NCBI GenBank assembly: GCA_031835245.2
Contig: JAVKOQ020000040.1
Span: forward strand, 124,001-188,000
Origin: Balamuthia mandrillaris
Taxonomy: Eukaryota
DNA: 64,000 nucleotides
Reading direction: 5' to 3'
Of this stretch, positions 1 through 14,961 are shown in pieces (positions within the stretch are counted from its first letter, which is position 1; each line of letters starts with the position of its first letter). The notes beneath the pieces are model-generated. The model saw nothing but the letters and a program-made list of their open reading frames with translations, did not search any database and had not been told where the DNA came from. The position numbers and the translations under genes were made by a program.

Positions 1-55
1 TGGTTTGCACCTTGGCTCGATGGTAGCCCTTTTTTTTTTTGTGTAAAGTGAGAAA

Positions 56-91
<36 letters not shown>

Positions 92-323
92 ACCTCGAAA
101 GTGTCCTTCCAGCCTGGATCCACGTGTGAGTGAGGCACGATGAACACTTCTTTGCGTTGTTGAGTGGTGGCTTGGCTGGCGATGACCACGCTGAGCGAGC
201 AAAGTAAAAGCACGAGGCCGAACGGTGGGACAGCCGCGTTGGGGCTTCGCCCTTGCCACCACCCTAACGTTGGGGCTGTCCTCTTTCTCCTCATCCTCCT
301 TCTTCCGTTCCCTTTCTGGTGAA

Positions 324-1566
324 ATGGCAGCGTTACCTGCTGACTGCAAAAAAAAAAGGGTGAAGATGGAAACGAAGAAGAAGGAGGAGGAGGAGGAGGG
401 GACACCGCCGAGGGCGGTCGGTGTTCTACAACAACAGGACGGGGCCCCGCGACCCCCCGCCCTTCCCGCCCTCCTTCAACCCTTTGCTCATGCCACCAGC
501 TGCGTCCTCTCCCACCGGTGGCTGTCGGCCTTGCCCCCCGAGATCGGGCAGCTGGCCGCCCTGACCAGCTGCGACCTCTCCTTCACCAGGCTGATGGCCT
601 TGCCCCCCGAGTTCGGGCGCCTCTCCGCCCTCACCAGCTGCAACCTTTCCAACAGTTGGTTGGGCTGCAAGGGCCTGCCTCCCGAGTTCGGGCAGCTGGC
701 CGCCCTCACCGACTGCAACCTCTCCAACAACCGGCTGCAGGGCCTGCCGCCCGGGTTCGGCCGGCTGACCGCCCTCACCCACCTCGACCTCTCCCGCAAC
801 GAGCTAGAGGGCCTGCCCCACGAGTTCGGCCGGCTGACCGCCCTCACCCGCCTCGACCTCTCCCGCAACCAGCTGCAGGGCCTGCCGAAGGAGTTTTGGC
901 GGCTCTCCTCCTTGACCTCCCTCGATCTGAGCCTCAACAGGCTGGAGGCCCTGCCGAGGGCGCTCGGCCAACGGCTGACCGCCCTCGCGCATTGCCGCCT
1001 GTGCTGGGGTCCCTACCCCTTGCCGCCCAGCAGCAGCAGCAGCAGCAGATGGCTGAGCTTGGCCTTCCTTGAGCAGAGGGAGGCCAATCGCTTGGCAGCC
1101 CTGCCCTCCTCGGCCTTTCGGCTGCTTCCTTTGTTTCACGCGGAGCTCTCCTACCAACCCTGCGCACAACCTGAAGCAGAACAACAACACGAAGCACAAG
1201 AAGAGAACAACGCCCACGAAGAAGAAGCGGAAGAGCAGGAGGCAGAGAGAGCGCAGAACAAGAACAAGAACGGGAAGAGGGCAAAGCCAAGTCGGCCAGC
1301 TACCGACTCCCACGGCAACAGCTGCAAGCAAGTGGGTGTGAGAAGCTTGTGGGAGTGGAGCGGAGAGGTGGTGCTGAGAAACCGGCTTTTGCCAGCAGGC
1401 ACCTTGCGCTCAGTGCCAGACTTGCCCTTTGCTTGGATTGCATCTTCTTCTTCCTCCTCATCATCCTCTGAAATGGTATATTATCCGTCTTCATGTTCTT
1501 CTTCTTCTTCTTCTTGTTCTTCTTGTTCTTGTTCTTCTTCTTCTTCTTCTTCTTCTTCTTCTTCTT

Positions 1567-1597
<31 letters not shown>

Positions 1598-1976
1598 TCT
1601 TCTGAAGGAGAAGGACCAACAACTCACCCAAACCCAGCCAGAGCAAGAGGAATCAAATGGAGGAGGACAACTACAACAACAGGAGGAGGAGGAGGAAGAA
1701 AACAGAAGGGCGGTGGTGCTACCAGAGGAGGTGAAGGAGCGATTGGAAAGGTTGCAGAGGAGATGTGATGTGTGTGAAGCCCTGTTTTTAGCAGTAGAAG
1801 ACAGGATGGGCGAACAAGAAGAAGAAGAAGAAGAAGAAGAAGAAGAAGGGATCATGCTGGTGAGACGGTTTTGGGACAAGGAAAGCAAACTCTGGTGGGA
1901 GTTGTTGTGCTGCAGCCAACGCTGCCTCGACCGTCCCCTTGCCGGCTGTTCCCTTGGCAGAAGGGAACAGAAATAA
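324..1976 (+). CDS. Leucine-rich repeat protein with C-terminal Cys-rich module (LRRC58/LRRC28-like architecture)
   Basis: Intronless ORF with about 7 LRRs of 23 aa (LTALTHLDLSRNELEGLPHEFGR), seen as ~69-nt GC-rich tandem units. C-terminal VRSLWEWSGEVV...LPEEVKERL...CDVCEALF...LCCSQRC. Start could be ATG 324 or 366. Confidence 0.8.
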
Positions 1977-2222
1977 GTCTCAAGCGGCAATATAGAGCAC
2001 GGAGAGGAGAGAGGAGAGGAGCGAGGAGAGGAGAGAAAGAGCGGTTTCATCGAATGACGTATTATTTCACTAAATTTAGATAAATGACATCACCTATTTC
2101 TTTACACAATATTTGATGACATCATTTTCTTTCACGGATGACAAAATGCCACACCACTTTTTCCATATTTGAATAAAACTGACATCATCAGAAAAAAAGA
2201 AAAGAAACGAAAAGCAAAAGAA

Positions 2223-5299
<3,077 letters not shown>

Positions 5300-5382
5300 A
5301 CGGAGCAGAAAGAGAAAAGACATCAAGATTGTTGGGTCACACTCTTGTGGAATAGAAAAAAAGACGTAAAACGAAATAGATT

Positions 5383-6278
5383 TCAGTGATGAAAGCGAGA
5401 GGAGGACGAAGAGGAGATCTTCTCGAGAAGCTTTTTGGGCAAGAAACGAGACCACATTCGCGCAGCAAACTTTTTGAAGTAATGATGCCGACCAAAGAGC
5501 GTGCCAACGCATACCAACAACATCGAATAGATAGGCATTATGACCACCAACGAAATGAGTCGGTAGGACCATGGCCCTTCCTTCATTGAACCTTTGTGTT
5601 ATCGTTTGAATAAGATGTTAATAGAGAACAAGAGAGGAGAGAGAAGCACAGGGAGAGCAGAGAGCAGAGAGCAAAGTAGAGAGAGAGGGAGGAGAAAACA
5701 GAGCAGAAAAAACCTTTGAGGTTGAAAATATGTTCCATCATAGGTCGAACGAAAAAGACGGAGCTGCTGCCCGTAATGGCAAAAACGGTGCAGATGAGCG
5801 TCATCTCCAACCACCAGGCAAAGCTCCAACGAGGCTTGGGAGGGACCTCTGCCGTCCACCTTTGCCACCATCTCTGCATTGTGATGGAGGTAGAAGCAGA
5901 AGAGGAAGAAGAGGAAGCTTGCTGTTGTGGAGCTGATTTCTTGTTGACGGAACAAAACGGTCGTCGACCAGAAAGAAGCAGGCGAGAGGTCTCTTTGTTG
6001 TTGCTGTTGTTGCGAACAGAGAGAAAAGTGTTCTTGTTGGGAGAGAAAACAAGGGAGTGAGTTTGATGGAAGGGACGACGAAGGAGACCAAGAGAAGGTG
6101 ACGGGGTTCCCCCAACTGTGCAGCCTCCTCGAAGAGGCAACACAGCAAAGGAACAAGTTGTTCCTCCCCCTCCTCTGGTGGATGATATGTGGCCCACGCT
6201 TCTGCGAAAAAGATGAGACAGAGAGGTCTTGGAGACACAAGAAGGAAGGGCTCCGGGTTGGGCCAACCTGCTGCACAT
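5383..6278 (-). CDS. Small two-TM membrane protein (DUF6787-like), possibly with an N-terminal mitochondrial presequence
   Basis: Exon 1 ...LICTVFAITGSSSVFFVRPMMEHIFNLK, intron ~5592-5714, exon 2 GTMKEGPWSYRLISLVVIMPIYSMLLVCVGTLFGRHHYFKKFAARMWSRF. The N-terminus is R/S-rich and lacks acidic residues. Alternative start 5879. Confidence 0.65.
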
Positions 6279-6467
6279 GCTTCTCTCTGCTTTCTTTTTT
6301 TTTCCTGGTAGGCTGACGTCACTTTGTCTACATTAAATTACTTTATGCGTGTCTACATTAAACCAAGTCGACTAAATTCCATATAATTGTCGACAGTGAA
6401 GAGAGAAGAGATGAGAGGAGAGGAGAGAAGAGAGGAGAGAAGAGAGGAGAAGAGAAGAGAGAAGAGC

Positions 6468-7695
6468 TCAAACGATGAGCCTTTTCCTTCCTCTTTTTGA
6501 AGATGCATCTCGAACAGCGTCGGTGAATGGTGGTATTGTTGTCTTTCGTCCTGTGGCTTTCATGTGCCCACGGAAGGTGATAACTTCTTGATACCAAGCC
6601 CAGATGGCCAGACAAGCACCCAAGAAAAAGACACCATCAGCATGAGCAGCCAAGGCATGTGAATACATCAACCATTCCTCTTTGGCTTCTTCTACATCTT
6701 CTCCTTCATCCAAATAATAATATCCGTAGTTGTCCTTTTCAAAAAAAAAAACCAGCGATAAGCACAAAGCGTAAGGATACTGAGGATAACGCTTACTTGT
6801 TGTGGTGGATATAAGAGCCACCAAAGACAAAGGCAGTAACATACGGACGCCTCCAGGTTTGTCACGTTTACCCAGAAATAGGGGTCCTGAACCTCGTTAT
6901 GTGCTACATGAAGCAATTGTGTCCAGATGGTGTTCTTCCTTCTTCCTATGTTTGGGAAGAAATGAACTAAAGTAAGAGATGAAAAGAAGAAGAAGAAGAA
7001 GAAGAAGAAGAAGAAGAAGAAGAAGAAGAAGAAGAAGAAGAAGAAGAAGAAGAAGAAGAAGAAGAACAAAGAAGAAGAACAATAAGAAAAAGAACAAGAA
7101 CAACAAGAAAAAGAACAAGAAGAATAACAACAAGAAAAGAGAAGGTACCTCGTCTAAGTAAAGGTTTGTGCCAATATTTTGCATAAATGTCTTCAAAGCA
7201 GCTGAACATAGCACAACCCACAAACAACGCCATGCTCACCAACTCCACCGCAAGTATGCTTTGCCAAAACTCTTCATAGCCATCCTCAGCATCTTCCTCA
7301 TCCACCAGCAGGGCCATGACCGCAGTGACCACAAAGCCCAGGCAAGCTATCAAGTTGAAGAGAGCATTGCCACGACGCAACACGCTGTGGAGCAAGCGAC
7401 CACTTTTGCTGTTGTTGCCCATAAGAACAAGCGCACTGTCTTCGGGGTCCTCACTAAAGGAGGTCCTCCACCACACCCAACCCGAGAGAGCGTAGAGCAA
7501 GGCCAAGAAAACGTAGAGGCCATTGCTTTGTTGTGGGGTGAGCAGCTGCATGCGTTGAGACAAGGCGTCCGCCAGCAAGTAGCCGCCCGCTCCCGCTACC
7601 TCCAGAGCGAGCCCCACAAAAGTGAGGCGCTGGTCGTGCTCCAGCGCTGCAAGGAATCCAAGCAAGCCGCCATCCCCTTTGTTTCTTGGCTTCAT
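6468..7695 (-). CDS. Multi-pass membrane protein of unknown function (3 exons)
   Basis: Several hydrophobic helices in ORFs 6967-7695, 6692-7069 and 6468-6842, joined across GT-AG introns, one of which carries a (TTC)n repeat. Confidence 0.6.
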
Positions 7696-7924
7696 GCCTC
7701 ACCCATTGTCACTCTCTTCTCTCTCTTTGTCCTTCTTGAGTGCTATTGCTTATTTTGTCGACAGCTGGCGTCATATTTGCCGACAATGATTTGATTTATG
7801 ACGTCACATATGACCAATCGGCAATTGACAACAAGGACAGAACGATCAAAACTAGATCAAATGTCGGCAGGAATTCTTCTCTTGGGAAGCGTAACTCAAC
7901 TTCTCGGCTTCTCTTTCTTTCTCT

Positions 7925-8823
7925 CTAAAACGTTCGTTCTTCCACAAAGACTTGAACACCATCCGTGGCCGGAAGCACTATGGACTTCTTTGGGATGACC
8001 TTATGGCCAGGCACTAAACGCATGTGAAAGCGTTGCAGTATGTGTGCAACCACCATCTTTGCTTCCAAATAGGCCATTGGCTTTCCCAAACCTGTTCATT
8101 TGTTGAGCAACGTTTTGTGTAAGTTTGTTGTTTGAAAAAAAAAGGGAAAGAAAAAAGAAATATCTTACAGGTTTGAGGGCCAGCGTGGAAGGGCACAAAG
8201 GCATTTGGGTTCTTGATAGGTTTGTCCCATCTATCCGGATTGAAGCGAAGCGGTTCGTCCCAGTACTTTTCGCTGCGTCCCATTACCCATGCGCTGTACA
8301 ACAGTGTCGTTTGGGCTGGCACTGGCGTTCCGTCTGGCAGCGTATCACCTTCCTGTCGTTGTTTATAGCATAAAGGGTATCATAAAACAGGAAAACAAGA
8401 ACAACAAGGATAGAAGAAGCAGAGCAAGAACGAGTATAAGAACTTGAATGACAAGAGGAATAAGAACCGTGGCTTTGCGTCCGTCGGTAGGCACAGGAGG
8501 ATAGAGGCGAAGAGTTTCATCCAAAACCTTTTTCAAGTATGGCATTTCGGCTACGGTCTGCATGTTAGGCTTTTCTCCTTTGAGCACAGTATCGATCTTT
8601 GGAAGGCATTTGCTCAACGTGAGTAAGCATCTTAGACGTAGAATTACTGTTTCAGAGTTCATTTGATAGTATTTCTCTTTTGTTCTAAAGATGTAACTGT
8701 ACCTCTTCAACGAGCTTTTGTTCCACGTCTGGGTTTTGAGTCAACAAATAAAACGTCCATGTAAGCTGTGCATTTCACATTCAGCTTAGCATTTCAACGA
8801 GAAAGAGCAGAATAAAATAGAAT

Positions 8824-8867
<44 letters not shown>

Positions 8868-9832
8868 AAGAACAAACCAGAATGGCGGTGGTGTCACGGC
8901 CTGCAATGAAAAAATTCAAAAGGATGTCTTCCAGAGCTTCGTCAGTAAAAGGTTTGTTGGTAGCAGGGTCTTTGGTGGCCAAGAATCGAGAAAGCATATC
9001 CGTTCGTCCTTCCCAATCTCGTTGTTCTTTTCTACGGCGTATAATGTTGCGAGAAAAGGTGTGCAAAGTCTCGTAATGTTCGTCGAATACCTATTTCACA
9101 TATTTATCCGTAAATTGTCCTCTTCTTGGTCATCTTCACGATCACGAACCTTGTCTGGAAACAGGCGTTTGAAAGGATTAGCGTTGTTCTGGTCTGCGAT
9201 ACGTTGAGCCTCATTGAAAGCATGAGAAAAAGCCACTGGTTCATTCAGCGAGTTGATTGGATGACCAAAACCTGCACCACGAAATGAAAAAAAACAAGAT
9301 CAGAGAGGAAACCAAACTTGAAAGAGCTAACAGGGCCAACCTATTTCGCCGATGGAGTCCAAAGTGAAACGCATAAACAGTTCTTGAATGTCAATTGCTT
9401 GTTTTGCTTTGCAAGCTTCCTCCAATTTGGAGAGCAGGACATCGCCGTTTCGTTGGAAGATAGGCACCATGCTCTCCAAGGAAGTTGGGTTGAACAGATG
9501 TCCCGCTGTTTGTCTGACCCATAATTTGTAGGAGAGAAGAGAAGGAGTAAGAACACAACGAAGAGAAGACAAGGAAGAAAAGCGTTACCGTTGTCGCTTC
9601 CACGCCTTGCCGTTGGAGGTGAATATGCCTTGGCCAAACAGCTTGTTGAATCGCTGATTGCGAGTGTGCCTCGTATAATTCCTGTTGGCAAAAGGAGCAG
9701 CAAACACGTTGCGACGTACAGAGGTTTAGGCCTTAGTAAAGAGAACAGCGAAGAGAAGGAGAAAGAGGGAAAACGAGAGAAGACAGAAACAGAGAACAAC
9801 AAAAAAGCAGGAGGAGAAAGATAAGGAGAGAG

Positions 9833-9872
<40 letters not shown>

Positions 9873-10044
9873 ACGGAGAGACGGAGAGACAGAGAGGATG
9901 GGAGAGACAAGAGAAAAAGTTTATAGAAGAGAAGAGGACCTAAAGTTGGTATCAAGGAAGTGGTGAACCATGTCGGCATCAAACAAGAAGATAGCTCGCT
10001 CAGGACGAAGACCTATGGTGAACAATTGAACCGTATCCCCATAC

Positions 10045-10092
<48 letters not shown>

Positions 10093-10164
10093 TCAAAACA
10101 TAGAGGGAGAGAGAGGAAAGCAGAGAAAAGCGAGAGGAAAGAGAAGAGAGGAGAAAGATCAAGA

Positions 10165-10211
<47 letters not shown>

Positions 10212-10480
10212 GCTGTTGAAGGCAAACATGAAAAAAACCTGTTGGTTAAGGTCTTGTTGCATCTTGAGGCGGTCGGCTTGGAATAGAAGAGACAACACGC
10301 TGCCCACCAACGGCCAAGCACGTACTGTGGCGATGTCATTGGACTTTTTCCACTATTTTTTTAACATTTTAAGGAGAGTTCAACAAAAAGGGAGGGAGAG
10401 AGAGAGAGAGATACCATGTAAAGCTCCCAAATGAGCCACAACAAGCCAAAGTATACCAACAAGGAGGACAGCAGTGCCAT
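7925..10480 (-). CDS. Cytochrome P450 (CYP86/CYP704-clan-like), multi-exon
   Basis: N-terminal anchor MALLSSLLVYFGLLWLIWEL, I-helix NFFIAGRDTTA, K-helix DETLRLYPPVP, PDRW, and heme motif FVPFHAGPQTC-LG split by an intron. Ends VFVEERTF*. Confidence 0.92.
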
Positions 10481-10662
10481 CTCTCTCTCTTGCTTTATTG
10501 CTTTCGTGTGAACCGATCCACCTATGACAATTTTCAGGGTGGATTGATTTGCGATTGGTTGTTTCGTGTTTTTTGTCGACGATAGATCATCTCTCTGATT
10601 TTTTGTTGGTGGAAAATTCAAACAAAAAAATAGAAGTCACAGTGAAAAGTGTTTGCTCTGTA

Positions 10663-12009
10663 TCATTCGCAGCTCTTCCTCCTTTTCTTCCGCTTCGCTT
10701 CTTTCGTTTCCTCATCGGCATTGGCATCCATCTTGTTCTTCTTCTCGTTCTGCACGGTCTTTCTTTTCAGGGGCGCAGATCTTCTCCGTTGTTGTCTCTT
10801 CGTCTTGCTTTTTCCCTTTGCTTCTCCTTCATCATCATTTAGCTGTCCCTCGGTTGAGTCTTGGTCTTCTCCACCCAACGGTTGACAAACAGGACACCAG
10901 TTGGTCAACCGTTGCAACCCACCTTTGGGTCCATGCCTCCCTCTCCTCGTCTTGTGTCCACAAGCCCCGCAATAGGCCTTGTGGTACACGTTCCATTGAG
11001 CTCTGCCCCACTGCTTCCCTGCTTCCAAGGCAGCCAACCACCCCCTTGCAATCTCCACCGCAGCGGCCACCAGCCGTTGGGCTTCCTCCTCAGTCAAGTT
11101 GCAACGATCGGGGTGTATGTTGGCGCTATGCAAGGCTTCCACTTTGATGATATTTCCCAAGCCAGCAAAGATGGTCTGATCCATCAAAGCGCTTGCTGCT
11201 GTTTCTCCTCTTCCTCCTTCTTTGGAAAGTCCTCTTGCTTTTCTTTCATCTTCATTGGCTTCTTCATCTCGTTCTTCTTTCAGAGGTTTGTGAGAAGAGT
11301 TGAGGGCACGAAAGGCGGAAACGGCCCTTGCAAAGTCAAAGTCGGGGTGAAGCACGTCAATGGAGGGAGGGTTCTGCTGAAACAAAAGAGGAGGACCCTG
11401 AACCTCTCTGAGGCTGCCATGGTAGAAAGCAAGAAACTCTTCTGCTGAAGAAGTAGAAGAACTGGAAGAAGAAGTGGCAGAAGTGGAAGAGGAAGAAAAG
11501 TAGCATAAAAGACGAGGCTTGCTGACGAGTCCTGTTTTCTTGGAGGGAATGTCTCGCAGCTTGTTGGCGCGAAGGCTGCCGTGAAGAAGGAAATGGTAGC
11601 GAAGCCATATTTCCCCACCCTCTTCTTCTTCTTCTTCTTTTGTTGCGTTGTGGGTGCCTTTGTTCTTCTTTTGTTCTCTCTCTGGCTCTTCGTTTTCTTC
11701 CTCTTCCTCCTCTTCTGCACTGCTGTGAGAGGAAGAAGAAGAAAAAGCAGAAGAAGAGGATGAAGAAGAAGAAGAAGAAGAAGCACAAGTAGGAGAACAG
11801 GAAGAAGAAGAAGAACAAGAAGAAGAGGAAGTGGCAGGAGCAAAGCCAAGAAACAGCTGCTTTCCATGCACGTGCACGCCTCGTAGGGAGCGCCCCAGCA
11901 GGCGACTCGTCTCGATCTGCCTGGTGCTGCCCTCCGCCCTCACCACCGTCCTGCCCACAAAAGCCCTCGCCACGTTGCCCCAAATCCTCAAAGTGGGACC
12001 TTCCGGCAT
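10663..12009 (-). CDS. Fpg/Nei family DNA glycosylase/AP lyase (endonuclease VIII/NEIL-like)
   Basis: N-terminal MPEGP (catalytic Pro2/Glu3), HGKQLF, H2TH motif LMDQTIFAGLGNIIKVEAL, zinc finger CGACG...WCPVCQ. Intronless, with Ser/Glu-rich insertions. Confidence 0.92.
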   Translation of the reverse strand: MPEGPTLRIWGNVARAFVGRTVVRAEGSTRQIETSRLLGRSLRGVHVHGKQLFLGFAPATSSSSCSSSSSCSPTCASSSSSSSSSSSAFSSSSSHSSAEEEEEEENEEPEREQKKNKGTHNATKEEEEEEGGEIWLRYHFLLHGSLRANKLRDIPSKKTGLVSKPRLLCYFSSSSTSATSSSSSSTSSAEEFLAFYHGSLREVQGPPLLFQQNPPSIDVLHPDFDFARAVSAFRALNSSHKPLKEERDEEANEDERKARGLSKEGGRGETAASALMDQTIFAGLGNIIKVEALHSANIHPDRCNLTEEEAQRLVAAAVEIARGWLAALEAGKQWGRAQWNVYHKAYCGACGHKTRRGRHGPKGGLQRLTNWCPVCQPLGGEDQDSTEGQLNDDEGEAKGKSKTKRQQRRRSAPLKRKTVQNEKKNKMDANADEETKEAKRKKRRKSCE

Positions 12010-12358
12010 TTTTGTTTGTTTTCAATTTTCTGCTGTCGCAAATTTTTTGCGTAGTGGGTCGTTGGAAGTTTCCAATGGAATTTGTTTTCTAGGAAAAAAT
12101 TGGAAACCATGGAAACGCGTTGGGTCACCATGGCGACAGTTCGAATGCATTCATTGGTTTAAATTAATTAAAATGTAATGTCTGTTCAACCACTCTATTA
12201 CAGTCAAACGGTAAAGTTTTATTTTTTCTCCCTTGGTCTCGTTTTCCTTTTCCGTTTCGTTAAAAAAAACGAACAAAGAAGAACGCCAACGTTTGTTTTT
12301 TTTTGTTGTCTCCTAAAAACAAAAAAAAAATTCATAAAAGACAAACAAAAAAAAGACG

Positions 12359-13531
12359 ATGAAGAAGAAAAATGCCAACGGCTCCGCCGGAAGTAAAAGC
12401 AGCAGAAAGAAACGCGACAAGCAGAAAGAAGACAGCTTGGAGATCACTCCCAACAAGCTCTTGTTGCTCAAAGATCGTCTTCGCGCGGGTGATAATTTCG
12501 CCTCCACCCCCTCTTCTTCTTCTTCTTCCTCCGAGGGACCAAAGATGAAACGCTCCCTCTCCAATCGTAATCTTTCTTTCCAAAACAACAATACATCCGT
12601 TCTTCCTAACAAAGACCTGGCTTCCCTGGAGGACAGCCCGCTTCGGCGTTCCTCCACCGAGGTGGGATTGCTACGGCACCGAAAGATCTCTTTCCAACCA
12701 CCAACAACAAACTCTGCAGAAAAACAAGAAAAAGAACCTCAAAACAAAAGCAACCTCGTTGGGAGAAGCGAAAGGGCAGCCTCCGTGGTACACGCCCGAA
12801 GCCCACCCACACCGCCAACAGCAATAACAACCAACCAACAACAACAACAAACCGGAAAAGAAGGAGAAGGAGGAAAAAACGTTGTTATTGTGGATGTTGC
12901 AGCGAGAAGAAGACGAGGGCATCAAAGAACGAACAGCGAACCCGTGGATTATGCCACGATCACTCGCAAAGACACCAAAGTTCTGCGCGCGAAATGGGAG
13001 AGCCTCATCGAAGAAGGGAGTTCCAAAGCGCAGAGCGAAGACAGAGAAGATGAAGAAGAAGCAGAAGAAGAAGCAAAGGAAGTAAAAGAAGAAGCAAGCC
13101 AAGAAGAGAAGGTGAAGAGAGTAGGAGGAGGGAAAGAAGAGAAGAAAGTTGTTTATGGAACGGTGACAAGAAAGGACACCAAGCTGTTGCGAAGCCAATG
13201 GGAGAATCACATTCAACAACAGTCTCATTCCGCTTCTTCTTCTCCCTTATCGAAAGGAAAAATGATGATGAAGAACAGTAATGAAAGAGAGCGAGACCGA
13301 TTGTTGTTGGCAATGAAGATGAAAGAAGCAAGTCAAAACGGATGGGCGTTGGATGAAGAGGGGGAGATTAGCGATGAAGATGAAGGAATCGAAGGAGATG
13401 AGGAAGGGTTGATGTTGTTCTCGGAGGGAAATGAAGTGTTGATCGTGGACAAGGGATACAATCGAGCGAGTGTCATGATCCAAAAGAAGCTGCAAGAAGA
13501 GGAAGAGAAGAGGAAGAAATGGATGAAATAA
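12359..13531 (+). CDS. Hypothetical charged low-complexity protein with a duplicated 22-aa motif
   Basis: 390-aa intronless ORF containing YATITRKDTKVLRAKWESLIEE and YGTVTRKDTKLLRSQWENHIQQ. Confidence 0.65.
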   Translation: MKKKNANGSAGSKSSRKKRDKQKEDSLEITPNKLLLLKDRLRAGDNFASTPSSSSSSSEGPKMKRSLSNRNLSFQNNNTSVLPNKDLASLEDSPLRRSSTEVGLLRHRKISFQPPTTNSAEKQEKEPQNKSNLVGRSERAASVVHARSPPTPPTAITTNQQQQQTGKEGEGGKNVVIVDVAARRRRGHQRTNSEPVDYATITRKDTKVLRAKWESLIEEGSSKAQSEDREDEEEAEEEAKEVKEEASQEEKVKRVGGGKEEKKVVYGTVTRKDTKLLRSQWENHIQQQSHSASSSPLSKGKMMMKNSNERERDRLLLAMKMKEASQNGWALDEEGEISDEDEGIEGDEEGLMLFSEGNEVLIVDKGYNRASVMIQKKLQEEEEKRKKWMK

Positions 13532-13619
13532 AAAACAAAGAGACGATATCGATACTTTTAAAAACAAAAACAAAAGGAAAAAAAAAGAAGAGACAGAGTT
13601 ACTGTTCTTCGAAGATTTG

Positions 13620-14417
13620 TCAGTCCTCGTTTTGTATTTTGAGGATTTGGAAAGCAAGTTGCGTGAAGAGGTCTGTCACGTTGACATCATTCTTTGAGCT
13701 TGTTTCGATGTATGAACACGACTCGTCCTCCGCCCAATTCTGAGAACGGCAACACAGGAGAGATAGATAAAACGAAGAGTTTAGAAGCCAGAAGAAAGAA
13801 AAAGAAAAAGACAAGGGATAAAAAAGCTGGCGAAAACGAGAAACGAAAGAACGACAATACGAACCCTTGCTTCTTCTTCTGACACAGCACGTTTGGCCTC
13901 CAAATCAAGCTTTGTTCCCACCAGCCAGAAGAGGGTATCCTCTCCAGCGTACCGCTTGGCCTCGTGCATCCATTTGGCCACGTTGGCAAACGTGTCTTGG
14001 TCGGTGATATCATACGCGAAGATGATCGCGTCCGTTCCTCGATAGTACGCGCTCGTTATTGTTCGGAATCTCTCTTGCCCAGCTGTGTCCCACTGTCGTT
14101 TATGTTGGTCAATGGTAGAGAGAAGGAAGAGGAGCAAAATGAGAGAAAGGATATATGAAAGAAGAATGCACAGTGCTCTCAACAGAACGAGAAGAAGGAC
14201 GTAAGGGCACGGAACGGAGGAAAGAAGACGTACCAACTCAATTTTTATCGTTTTTCCTTCAAGGCCAATCATTTTCGTTTTCTTTTGGGGTATCACGTTG
14301 GAAGGAAAGAATAAAGAGCAAGAGATAAAGAGAGAAACAACGATAGAGTGTGAGCGAGCGAGAATGAGAGAGAGAAAGAGAGAGAATTAGGGATGTAGAG
14401 AAACAGAGAAGAGAGAG

Positions 14418-14453
<36 letters not shown>

Positions 14454-14961
14454 CCATACAAACTCAACCCCAATACTGTCACCGATGGACTCATTGAATG
14501 TGTTCTCCTTTTTGAAAAAAAGAGTTTCATAGAAATGTTAATAATGAGAGAAAAACAGAAAGGATTTTTGTTGGTTGACTGGAAAGAGGGAATAGAACAA
14601 GCAACACACACGCAGAAAAGAGGGGGCACAAACCGAGTATCTCAGTAACAAGCTCGACTTGCCTACCCCAGGATCGCCCGATAGAAGCAGCTTAAACACA
14701 AAGTCGCTGTTTAAAAATAAAAATAAAAGTTAAATAAATCGGATGACAAAGATTTCAACAAACGTAAAGAGAGAGAGAGAGAGAGAGAGAGAGAAGGATA
14801 AAGGAGCCGTACGGTTCTTCAGAGATGGGTTCGGTGGCAGTGGGTCCTCCTTTGTTGCCTTTTCGCTTGCCGCCTCCTCCTCCTTTTTTGTTGCTGTGGG
14901 CGTTGCCGCCGCCGCCACTGTTGCTCGTTTGTTTCTTCTTCTTGCTGCCAAATTGTCCCAT
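13620..14961 (-). CDS. Rab-family small GTPase (Rab1-like core) with N-terminal MGxxxS extension and no C-terminal Cys
   Basis: Exons give MGQFGSKKKK..., FKLLLSGDPGVGKSSLLLRY, IGVEF, WDTAGQERFRTITSAYYRG, LVGTKLDL and YIETSSK. Ends KIQNED*. Confidence 0.9.

Noticed and set aside
520..990. ~69-nt GC-rich tandem repeats, superficially array-like
   Set aside because: They encode 23-aa LRR units in frame with no unique spacers, so this is not a CRISPR array.
7168..7794. Long antisense ORFs (also 10861-11448, 37705-38298, 61957-62481)
   Set aside because: They are shadows of real genes on the opposite strand with no independent protein motifs.
10663..12009. Intronless Nei glycosylase as a recent bacterial or viral transfer
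   Set aside because: It carries the host-typical poly-Ser/Glu microsatellite insertions, and other host genes here are also intronless. Transfer is unsupported without a phylogeny.
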